Of a stretch of DNA of 32,065 nt, positions 18,632-26,052 are shown piece after piece. The notes beneath the pieces are model-generated. The model worked only from the letters and a program-made list of their open reading frames with translations. It had not been told where the DNA came from and did no database searches. The translations under genes were made by a program, and so were the position numbers. This DNA is from an uncultured bacterium (GTDB lineage Bacteria; Verrucomicrobiota; Verrucomicrobiia; Verrucomicrobiales; DEV007): the NCBI GenBank assembly GCA_963977015.1, contig CAXBMO010000040.1:1-32065 (forward strand), read 5' to 3'. Every line of letters begins with the position of its first letter. Positions within the stretch are counted from its first letter, which is position 1.

Positions 18632-18943
18632 CTAGGATTGCTGCGTTTGACGAGCCCGCTCCTTCACGCAAACGCAAAGGCAGGCCATCGAGTTGCATCC
18701 ATCGCAAAAGCTGGTTCGGCAACGCTTCGGGACTTCGCCTTTCAACACCTTTTCAATCCGGCTGTGGCAACCGGTGCAGCAAGAACCTGCACCCGTTTTC
18801 GCAATGACCTCGCTCAGTTCCACCGATGCCTGATTCTCCATAAGTTGTTGGATATCCGACTCATAGATCGCCTTACACCGGCAGATGCACGGTCCCTTGG
18901 ACGGGGCGATCGACAGCTTGGGGCAAGGAGTTGAAAGCGACAA
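18632..18943 (-). CDS. Bfd-like [2Fe-2S]-binding protein with Cys-rich C-terminal tail
   Basis: ICRCKAI...KTGAGSCCTGC is the Fer2_BFD pattern; TTG start is uncertain. Confidence 0.8.
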   Translation of the reverse strand: MSLSTPCPKLSIAPSKGPCICRCKAIYESDIQQLMENQASVELSEVIAKTGAGSCCTGCHSRIEKVLKGEVPKRCRTSFCDGCNSMACLCVCVKERARQTQQS

Positions 18944-18960
18944 AACGGTAGAGTATTAAT

Positions 18961-18981
18961 TGATATTGAGACCCAGTCTCA
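18961..18981. promoter_or_regulatory. Fur-box-like operator, copy 1
   Basis: TGATATTGAGACCCAGTCTCA, just upstream of the bfd-like gene. Confidence 0.75.
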
Positions 18982-19020
18982 GTAATTCGTGAATTTTCGC
19001 AAGCACTTTTTGCCATAAAT

Positions 19021-19041
19021 TGAAACTGAGTCTCAATATCA
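19021..19041. promoter_or_regulatory. Fur-box-like operator, copy 2
   Basis: TGAAACTGAGTCTCAATATCA (reverse complement TGATATTGAGACTCAGTTTCA). Confidence 0.75.
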
Positions 19042-19212
19042 TTGCCAGTTCTCGTCCGCCACGGCAGCCCTTGCCGGACTTTGTTTCGAGGCCTTTGCCT
19101 GCCTGGAGGACTTTGGCTTTTCCTCCAGAATTTTCTGCAGAATCCGATCCAATTCAGAATCGGTGAAGGTCACGGTTCGAGGGAGACGACTATCGGTATT
19201 GGAGTAGTTCAT
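19039..19212 (-). CDS. Small hypothetical protein (57 aa), absent from the ORF track
   Basis: MNYSNTDSRLPRTVTFTDSELDRILQKILEEKPKSSRQAKASKQSPARAAVADENWQ*; co-oriented between araC and the bfd-like gene, filling an otherwise empty gap. Confidence 0.55.
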   Translation of the reverse strand: MNYSNTDSRLPRTVTFTDSELDRILQKILEEKPKSSRQAKASKQSPARAAVADENWQ

Positions 19213-19284
19213 TACGGAAACATGACGCAGGTTGGAAACCCAACTGCTGCCGGATTGACCTGTGATTGGCGATGCGTTGTCCTC

Positions 19285-20142
19285 CTACGCCGCGTTGAGA
19301 AACTGAGACGGGAGACACCCTTTTTCTTCGAAAAATGCCTTACTGAAATGGCTGAGACTTTGGTAACCCACCTCGACCGCGGCCTCCGAAACGTTGAAAC
19401 GACCGCTTTGAATCAGTTCGGCGGCTTTCTCAATGCGACGCGAGCGCAGATAGCGGCTGATCGTTGTTCCGGTTTCCGCGGAAAACGTCCGGCAAAGGTA
19501 GGCGGAACTGCATCCAATCTCCCTTGCCAGATCCTTCAAACTGAGAGGCTCATCGAGCGATGCCTCGAGGATGCGCTTCACACTTTCGACGCGTTTGGAC
19601 TGAATGCGCCGCTGCTGCGAGCAAAAGAAGTCCTGCTTCGGCGGCCCGGACGGAAAGGTCTGCAAAGCGAGAAGCTCTTGCAGCTTGGCGCGAAACCAGA
19701 ATTTGGAGGCGATTCCCACCACGGGAGGAAGTTCGAGAGACTGAATCCACCGTTGATCGTGTTCGGTTAGGTCTGCGATCTTGAAATCCGGACGATTCTC
19801 AAAAACCGAAGCCCTGACGTCGGGATTCAACCCCGGCCGGTAGGCCTCCAATTGGCTGGCGAGAAATGCTTTTGAGAGATGAATCGCCACCGCTTCAGTC
19901 CGGGAATCGCTCCCCCACTTCACCTGGGACGGATCGGAACCGCGATACACGCTTCCCCCTTCCAAGTTCAATTGATGATTCGGAGATTGAACTTCGGCCT
20001 TCCCTGAGAGTTGGAACAGGATCAGAAACCATCCATTCGCGACACGGAACGGAAGGGAAGAATCAGGGTTCGACACCCGAATCAATCGAAATCCCTCATC
20101 AGAGGTGGGGAAGGTTTGAGGGGGAATGGACGGCTGCGACAT
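19285..20142 (-). CDS. AraC-family transcriptional regulator (PchR-like layout)
   Basis: C-terminal PLSLKDLAREIGCS..LCRTF...RIEKAAELIQSGRFNVSEAAVEVGYQSLSHFSKAF...G..PS; AKLQELL. ATG 20142 lies just downstream of an operator. Confidence 0.92.
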   Translation of the reverse strand: MSQPSIPPQTFPTSDEGFRLIRVSNPDSSLPFRVANGWFLILFQLSGKAEVQSPNHQLNLEGGSVYRGSDPSQVKWGSDSRTEAVAIHLSKAFLASQLEAYRPGLNPDVRASVFENRPDFKIADLTEHDQRWIQSLELPPVVGIASKFWFRAKLQELLALQTFPSGPPKQDFFCSQQRRIQSKRVESVKRILEASLDEPLSLKDLAREIGCSSAYLCRTFSAETGTTISRYLRSRRIEKAAELIQSGRFNVSEAAVEVGYQSLSHFSKAFFEEKGCLPSQFLNAA

Positions 20143-20155
20143 GGGCTGCAATAAT

Positions 20156-20176
20156 TGAGACTGAGTCTCAATCTCA
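20156..20176. promoter_or_regulatory. Fur-box-like operator, copy 3
   Basis: TGAGACTGAGTCTCAATCTCA; perfect 9-1-9 palindrome ATTGAGACT-G-AGTCTCAAT at 20154-20172. Confidence 0.8.
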
Positions 20177-20239
20177 TAGAATCGAAATCTTGGCAATGCT
20201 TTTGTTTCCCAATCGAGAGGCTTCCAATTCAGCCCGGTT

Positions 20240-20261
20240 TTGACATTGAGACTCAATCTCA
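20240..20261 (+). promoter_or_regulatory. Sigma70 -35 (TTGACA) overlapped by Fur-box-like operator, copy 4
   Basis: TTGACA at 20240-20245 overlaps TGACATTGAGACTCAATCTCA; the -10 element is not clearly identifiable. Confidence 0.7.
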
Positions 20262-20312
20262 AAATAGCGCTTGCATCCCCAAAACTCTTCGCTTAAAAAC
20301 CGCTTCCACCAA

Positions 20313-20333
20313 TGAGACTGAGTCTCAATATCA
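20313..20333. promoter_or_regulatory. Fur-box-like operator, copy 5
   Basis: TGAGACTGAGTCTCAATATCA, 10 nt before the PepSY ATG. Confidence 0.8.
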
Positions 20334-20343
20334 ACCCAAAACG

Positions 20344-20910
20344 ATGAGTTTTTCCTGGAACCGTTTCAACCGCAAAATCCACTACTGGGGCGCCATCATT
20401 TGCGCCATCCCGGTTTTGGTCATCATCGGAACGGGCATCATTCTGCTCCTGAAAAAGGACATCGCCTGGATTCAACCCCCGACCCAACGCGGCGCGAGCA
20501 AAGTGCCCATGCTTCCCTTCGAACGGATTCTCGCAGTGTCTCAAGCCGTGCCGGAAGCCGACATCTCCGACTGGAATGACGTCGATCGCCTCGATGTTCG
20601 CCCCAGCAAAGGCATCGTCAAAGTCCGGGCCGAAAACCGCTGGGAAATTCAAATCGACAACGAATCCGGTGAAGTGCTGCAGGTCGCGTTTCGACGCTCG
20701 GACCTCATCGAATCGATCCATGATGGCTCCTGGTTTCACGACAAGGCCAAACTGTGGGTCTTCCTTCCCAGTGCCGTGCTTCTGTTCATTCTCTGGATCA
20801 CCGGGATCGTCCTCTTTCTCCAGCCCTTTGGGGCCAAAAGGAAACGCAAACAACGGCAACGGGCCACCGCTCAACAGAAACTGGGAGCCACGGCTCAAGC
20901 CACAAACTAA
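20344..20910 (+). CDS. PepSY / PepSY-associated TM domain protein
   Basis: RKIHYWGAI...IIGTGIIL; VDRLDVRPSKG; EIQID..SGEVL; IESIHDGSWF; LWITG. Confidence 0.88.
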   Translation: MSFSWNRFNRKIHYWGAIICAIPVLVIIGTGIILLLKKDIAWIQPPTQRGASKVPMLPFERILAVSQAVPEADISDWNDVDRLDVRPSKGIVKVRAENRWEIQIDNESGEVLQVAFRRSDLIESIHDGSWFHDKAKLWVFLPSAVLLFILWITGIVLFLQPFGAKRKRKQRQRATAQQKLGATAQATN

Positions 20911-20924
20911 CAACACCACATAAC

Positions 20925-21914
20925 ATGAAGAAAAGAATGCTCTCCGGAGCGCTACTGATCTCGCTGGGCCTCACTTCCGTGCAGGCCGACGAGAATCTCT
21001 GGATTTACGCCCAGGGAACGGATACCCGCCCCCAGGGAAGTTGGGAACTGAAATTCATGGACGTCGCACGGCTCGGCAAGGATTCCGGCAGCTACGAGTT
21101 CCACGATTTTCGGCCTGAAATTGAGTATGGAGTTACCGATCGATTGACCCTCGGTGTCGAAGGAATCTTCTTTCATCACGACTACGACAACGTTGAATGG
21201 GCACCCATGGTCGATACCCAGGGCGGACCAGGCGGAAGCTTCAACAAGTCTCAGTTTGGCGGAGTCGAAGTGGCCGCCAAATATAATATCTTAAGCCCCT
21301 ACAAAGATCCGGTCGGCCTCTCGGTCGGGTTTGCCTACGAGTATCGCGACGCCTACCGTTTGGATGGTGCCGCCATCGATCAACACTCTCTCGTTCCTCA
21401 GATTTTTCTCCAGAAAAACTGGCTCGATGACACGCTGACTTTGGCGTTCAAAGGAAAAATGGAGTTGGAAAAGCGGAAGTCACCCGGCGTGCTCGAAGAA
21501 GAAATCGCTTTCGATCTTGCCATGGGCCTCTCCTACCGCATCGCCCCGAAATGGTTCGTCGGGATCGAGACGCGCTGGCAGTCGGATTTCCTTTCTCCTG
21601 AAGAAGACGGAAATCCACCGGAAGGCCGCCCCTCCAGCTGGGATTGGGGCGAATTTCAGCTTGGCGACCAATTCCAACATGGTCTCTACGTCGGTCCATC
21701 CGTCCACTACGCAGAAGAAGGTTGGTGGGCAACCCTTGGCGCGCTTTGGCAGGTCAGTGGATGGAGCGCAGATGGCTCTGGCGCAGCCCGGAACAACAGG
21801 AACTGGGACGAACACGAGCGTCTCCACATTGGGGTGATTGTTGGCTTCGAATTCGGCGGTGACGATGCTCTTCCCATGACCGACTTCATCGGCAAGGACG
21901 TGATTACCAAGTAA
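20925..21914 (+). CDS. DUF6662-like outer-membrane beta-barrel protein
   Basis: Signal peptide ending VQA|DENLWIYAQGTDTRPQGSWE; EIEYGVTDRL; YNILSPYKDPVGLS; YVGPSVHY; VGFEF. Confidence 0.7.
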   Translation: MKKRMLSGALLISLGLTSVQADENLWIYAQGTDTRPQGSWELKFMDVARLGKDSGSYEFHDFRPEIEYGVTDRLTLGVEGIFFHHDYDNVEWAPMVDTQGGPGGSFNKSQFGGVEVAAKYNILSPYKDPVGLSVGFAYEYRDAYRLDGAAIDQHSLVPQIFLQKNWLDDTLTLAFKGKMELEKRKSPGVLEEEIAFDLAMGLSYRIAPKWFVGIETRWQSDFLSPEEDGNPPEGRPSSWDWGEFQLGDQFQHGLYVGPSVHYAEEGWWATLGALWQVSGWSADGSGAARNNRNWDEHERLHIGVIVGFEFGGDDALPMTDFIGKDVITK

Positions 21915-21923
21915 CTCACCTTC

Positions 21924-22460
21924 ATGAAACGCCGCTCAACTTTCAAATTGCTGAGTTGGTTCGGACTCGGGGGACTCATGATGAGTCCCCCGGTCCATGC
22001 CAAAACGTTCTTGACGACATCTCAGGCGATGAGTGCTCTCGGGGCCGGTGGGGCTCGGAAAGTCTCCGCAACCCTGACATCGGAACAGGCCAAGTCGATT
22101 CAGTCCGCAACCGGGGTTCGCGTTCGAAACAAAACGCTTCAAGTCTGGAAAACAGGCTCCGGCAACTGGTTCATCGTGGATCAGGTGATCGGGAAACACG
22201 AGAACATTGACTACGCGGTGCTGCTTAGTAACACCGGGCAGGTCCGCGGAATTGAAGTCATGGTCTATCGGGAATCCTATGGGCATGAAATCATGAACCC
22301 GCGCTGGAAAGCCCAATTCCACGGGAAAGGCCCCGGAACCAAGCTCAAACTGGACCGCGAAATCAAGAACATCACCGGAGCCACGCTTTCCTGCCGCCAT
22401 ATCACGGAAGGCATCAACCGCCTCACCGAAACGTGGAATCAGGTGCTGAGATATTTGTGA
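21924..22460 (+). CDS. FMN-binding domain protein (flavinylation substrate, RnfG/NqrC-like)
   Basis: VDQVIGKHENIDYAV, IEVMVYRESYG, W..QF.GK and the [S/T]GA[S/T] motif ITGATLS; twin-Arg-like leader MKRRSTFK. Confidence 0.9.
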   Translation: MKRRSTFKLLSWFGLGGLMMSPPVHAKTFLTTSQAMSALGAGGARKVSATLTSEQAKSIQSATGVRVRNKTLQVWKTGSGNWFIVDQVIGKHENIDYAVLLSNTGQVRGIEVMVYRESYGHEIMNPRWKAQFHGKGPGTKLKLDREIKNITGATLSCRHITEGINRLTETWNQVLRYL

Positions 22461-22473
22461 TCCCAGAATCTCG

Positions 22474-23325
22474 TTGAACTCAATTTCCCAGTGTCGCCCT
22501 GCTCTGGGCACCTACGTAGAGATTACGGTGGGCGGAGACTTTGGAGACGAAGAACTCCTCCGCCAATCCAAATCGGCCTTTCGCGAGATCGAACGAATCG
22601 AGCGGGTCATGAGTTTTCATGATCCGGAAAGTGAGCTTTCCCGGATTAACCGGGATGCTCACCAACGCTCCGTCGACCTTTCGAAAGACCTCACCAGGGT
22701 GCTTGAGTTCGCCCTGCAACTCAGCCGGGAGACGGATGGATTGTATGACCTTTGCGTCGGGAGCGAATTGGCCAGAAAAGGCGCCCTGCCCAACCTTTAT
22801 CCGGACCGGGAGAACACCCCGCAATCCTGGCGGGACGTCAACCTCTCCGGTCGATCCCTCACCTTCCGACAGCCGCTGCAACTCGACCTTGGTGGCATCG
22901 CAAAAGGCTATGCCGTCGATTGCGCCATCAACCAATTTCCCGATGGCTCGCACGTTTGCGTCAACGCAGGTGGCGACCTCCGCATGAGTCATTGGGAATC
23001 AGAAGTCGTCGGAGTCAAGACGCCCTCAAGGTGGCGCGCGGGCAGGATCGTCGAACTCCCGATGGAAAGACCAGCCGTCGCCACCAGTGCAACCTACTAT
23101 TTGGAAGGAAAAAGCGTCATCCTTTCTCCCGAATCCGGAAGACCGATTCGCGATCGTCGAAGCGTCTCGGTTTTTGCCAACGAATGCATGATTGCGGACG
23201 CCCTAACCAAAGTCGCCTTTCTCGTTCCCGACGCGTCGCCCATCTTTCAGGCGTTCCACGCAAAAGCGATTGCCGTCGATCGAAAAGGAGGCATCACTCC
23301 CCTTTTTCCCCAATGCCACGCGTAA
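22474..23325 (+). CDS. apbE: FAD:protein FMN transferase
   Basis: LGTYVEI, MSFHDPESELSRIN, DLGGIAKGYAVD, VNAGGDLR, AVATSA and ADALTK; TTG start. Confidence 0.93.
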   Translation: MNSISQCRPALGTYVEITVGGDFGDEELLRQSKSAFREIERIERVMSFHDPESELSRINRDAHQRSVDLSKDLTRVLEFALQLSRETDGLYDLCVGSELARKGALPNLYPDRENTPQSWRDVNLSGRSLTFRQPLQLDLGGIAKGYAVDCAINQFPDGSHVCVNAGGDLRMSHWESEVVGVKTPSRWRAGRIVELPMERPAVATSATYYLEGKSVILSPESGRPIRDRRSVSVFANECMIADALTKVAFLVPDASPIFQAFHAKAIAVDRKGGITPLFPQCHA

Positions 23326-23753
23326 GCATCAGGATCCCTTGGAGTTACCGCACCTTCCTCTTTCTCTTCATTCTGTTGAGTTGGACCACAGGAATTGCCT
23401 TCTACATCCTCAACAACTTCATCGAAATGGAAGGCGAGTTCGGCCCGCAAAAACACCCCTGGCAGTATCCACTTCTCAAGATTCACGGTGCTTCGGCATT
23501 TTTGATGATGATCACCTATGGTTACCTGCTGGCGACTCACATTCCTGCGGGGTGGAAGGCAAAACGGTCGCGCAAGGCCGGCCTGCTCCTCGTGGCCACT
23601 CAGGGATTCCTCATCGTCACGGCCTATCTCCTCTACTATGCAGGCTGGGAAGAGGAAGTCCGAAAGTATCTGGTTTGGACGCATGCATCGGTCGGATTCA
23701 CCTTCCCGTTTCTGGTCGCACTTCATATTGTCTCCGGTCGCAGGCGAACCTGA
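23313..23753 (+). CDS. Small His-containing membrane protein (DUF4405-like, putative cytochrome b)
   Basis: About 4 TM helices; LKIHGASAF, ATHIPAGW, WTH and LH histidines; overlaps the apbE stop. Confidence 0.7.
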   Translation: MPRVSIRIPWSYRTFLFLFILLSWTTGIAFYILNNFIEMEGEFGPQKHPWQYPLLKIHGASAFLMMITYGYLLATHIPAGWKAKRSRKAGLLLVATQGFLIVTAYLLYYAGWEEEVRKYLVWTHASVGFTFPFLVALHIVSGRRRT

Positions 23754-23825
23754 TGGCGGGGGAGATCGCTGACCCAGGAGTCAAAACCCCTTAAGCCTCC
23801 CGAGTCAGCGAGTTGCCCTCTTTAT

Positions 23826-24308
23826 TTATGCAACCACAGACGGGGGCCTCGATTCGATGACCGAATCCGGCTGAGGAGCATCCATAAACGCGTCAAGATC
23901 TTCCAACCAGGAGTCAAAATTCTCTTCAAAATCCACGTCGTTCTCAAGCACCGGAAGCAGTTGACGTGCGCCATGACGCGCAAGCTCAGCATCGAGGTCC
24001 TTGCCAAACTGGCAGAAGCTGTCATAGGCCGTATCTCCCAGGGCATACACGGCGAAGCGCACATGGGACAACGGTTCGTCACTTGATTGGAGTTCGGAGA
24101 AGAAGTCCTCGGCCGAACAGGGAGGATCGCCGTCCCCCCAGGTGCTGACGGCAGCGAGAAGGATGTCCATCGTTTCGAAGTCCTTCAGTTGAAGATCTTC
24201 CATATCAATCAGCCTGACACGGTGCCCCTGATTCTTAAAATGGACTTCAGCGTCTTCGGCGATGGACTGCGCATTGCCGGTTTCAGATGCATAGATAAGG
24301 TGAATCAT
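23826..24308 (-). CDS. Short-chain flavodoxin (MioC/CysJ-like)
   Basis: YASETGNAQ, STWGDGDPP and FAVYALGDTAYDSFC; highly acidic. Confidence 0.93.
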   Translation of the reverse strand: MIHLIYASETGNAQSIAEDAEVHFKNQGHRVRLIDMEDLQLKDFETMDILLAAVSTWGDGDPPCSAEDFFSELQSSDEPLSHVRFAVYALGDTAYDSFCQFGKDLDAELARHGARQLLPVLENDVDFEENFDSWLEDLDAFMDAPQPDSVIESRPPSVVA

Positions 24309-24330
24309 CGAATAGATAGTTGGCTAAGGT

Positions 24331-25083
24331 TTAGTGGTTAACGGTGTTGATCTCATGAAGTTCAGGGATGACGGATCGGCTCAACGAAACAGGACTCCCA
24401 TCGACCTGATGAAACAGATTCAAAGCCCCGGGATTGTCCTCAAAGCGATTCGCGGGCGAGCCAAGGTCAACAAAGGCAACCGAGCCGTCGTTGACGTTCG
24501 CAATCCTGAGGATGCTGCCGTTGGCATCGACCCAATCAGGACAGATCTCCGCATCTGCCGTCAGCCCGGGAAGCTCCATCAGAACCCGCAATCGCCCCGT
24601 TTCCTCCAACGCATTTCGAATGTGGCCTTCATCGGTCTCGCCGGCGCTTCCATTCCGGCCGTCACTCCATTCATCCAACCATGCACCGGCACCGTGCTCG
24701 AGCAGGCGTTGGGTTGACGTGGGTTTGGCCGCAAAGACCTCCAGGATTCGATCCAGAGTATTGGACGCAGGAACCCGGACCGTGGGCTGGATTGACAACG
24801 CCAACCGCTCCCCCACAAACTCAAACTCCAAAGCGGGGGGCAACGTATCGCAAACGGGTATCGCATAGATGCCGCGAAGTCCGCATGGATCAATCGTCAC
24901 CCCACTGACGGGATCACTCCACAGCATGCGGTCTCCATCCCTGACCTGGAAGAAGACGCCAAACTCCGTCTGCTTCGTCAGGCTAAGCCCATTCCCCCGA
25001 ACGGTCATTTGAACGGCATCCAGATGGAAAAGCTGGTTCAGGATTGCCAACGGGCAGTTGCGTAATTGAATCGACGCGTTCAT
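24331..25083 (-). CDS. Hypothetical protein, possibly remote HemS/ChuX fold
   Basis: 250-aa ORF ending 22 nt before the flavodoxin start. The fold call rests on pattern resemblance only. Confidence 0.6.
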   Translation of the reverse strand: MNASIQLRNCPLAILNQLFHLDAVQMTVRGNGLSLTKQTEFGVFFQVRDGDRMLWSDPVSGVTIDPCGLRGIYAIPVCDTLPPALEFEFVGERLALSIQPTVRVPASNTLDRILEVFAAKPTSTQRLLEHGAGAWLDEWSDGRNGSAGETDEGHIRNALEETGRLRVLMELPGLTADAEICPDWVDANGSILRIANVNDGSVAFVDLGSPANRFEDNPGALNLFHQVDGSPVSLSRSVIPELHEINTVNH

Positions 25084-25224
25084 GCCGAAACCATGGACGA
25101 TTCCACCAGGCGGGCTCGCTTTGCGTTGTACTGGCGTTAGCGACACGTTGCAGTGCAATCAGGCGTCAACCGAGAACAATTCAGCGCAAGCACCCGGGGA
25201 ACGGAGCACGTAAATCAGGACTCC

Positions 25225-26052
25225 ATGAATCCCGATCTCATCCTGTTGCCCAATCCCGAGCACGCCCTCTTTATCGATCCCCGAACTCCACAGTTCTTTG
25301 ATCGGCTCTGCGACTTCAATGCGTTATCCGTCCGGGCCCAAAACGTGGGATTCACCCTGGAGAAAACCGCACGCGGAGATTCCGCAATTCCCGACGCTGA
25401 TGGGAAGAGCCTGTTCTTTCCGGAACTGGGCCTCTCATTTTCTCACGCCAGTTGTCAGGCGATCCATGGGACGATGCGTTTGGAGCCCGAAGCGGAGTTT
25501 CGCATGGAACTCGATCTGGCAGACCGGATGAACGCGCTCAATTTTGGGGTGACCTGCGATTCCGAAGAAGCTCCAAGGATGCGAAACCTGATCACCGGGT
25601 TTGCCCGCGAACCGGTTCCTGTCGACTCCCTGGAGAAATGGCGAATGTCTGCCCAACAGGCTGTCTCCATGTGCCCCTGCTGCGTGCAGCAATCCATGTG
25701 GCGTGCCCGGCATCCTCGGCAACACCCGATCTATCAGATTTTCGAAATGGCGGTGGAATCGAAACTCCCACTTCATTTGAGGTTGCGTGACGAAAACGTC
25801 GACCTGACGGCGGAACTAACTCCAACGGACCTGCAATCCTCCAAGGGTTGGATCCAGTTGAGCAGCCCTGATGTGAGGCTTCAAACCAATCTCTACTTCC
25901 TTCACGCCATGGGAATTCGCTTTCGACAACGCGACGGAGAGATCCTTGCCTGTCTCGATATCTACAACTCCCATGGCCAGCGAATGCTCGAAATTTCCGC
26001 CGATGTGGCTGCCGCGGGCGTATGGAAGGCACTTTGCGAGCGGGTATCCTGA
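25225..26052 (+). CDS. Hypothetical protein, remote HemS/ChuS-like, with a CPCC motif
   Basis: C-terminal half AVESKLPL...GWIQL...RDGEILACLDIYNSHGQRMLEI...WKALC resembles the HemS C-domain; AGGA precedes the ATG. Confidence 0.65.
   Translation: MNPDLILLPNPEHALFIDPRTPQFFDRLCDFNALSVRAQNVGFTLEKTARGDSAIPDADGKSLFFPELGLSFSHASCQAIHGTMRLEPEAEFRMELDLADRMNALNFGVTCDSEEAPRMRNLITGFAREPVPVDSLEKWRMSAQQAVSMCPCCVQQSMWRARHPRQHPIYQIFEMAVESKLPLHLRLRDENVDLTAELTPTDLQSSKGWIQLSSPDVRLQTNLYFLHAMGIRFRQRDGEILACLDIYNSHGQRMLEISADVAAAGVWKALCERVS

Noticed and set aside
19042-19770. 242-aa + strand ORF beginning right after operator copy 2
   Set aside because: TTG start, no motifs, and mostly antisense to the clear AraC gene.
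18961-20333. Repeated palindromes as a CRISPR array or transposon ends
   Set aside because: Irregular spacing, promoter-proximal positions, no cas or transposase genes and no target-site duplications.
23766-23811. Imperfect stem TCGCTGAC/GTCAGCGA between convergent genes
   Set aside because: Probably an ordinary terminator-like structure; the large loop and lack of a clear U-tract make it too weak to call.
23774-23919. 13-bp direct repeat CCAGGAGTCAAAA (23774 and 23907)
   Set aside because: One copy is in ordinary flavodoxin coding sequence and no element lies between them; likely chance.
25084-25224. A sixth Fur-like box between the HemS-like genes
   Set aside because: No adequate match to the 21-bp consensus; only a short TTGCAGTGCAA palindrome.
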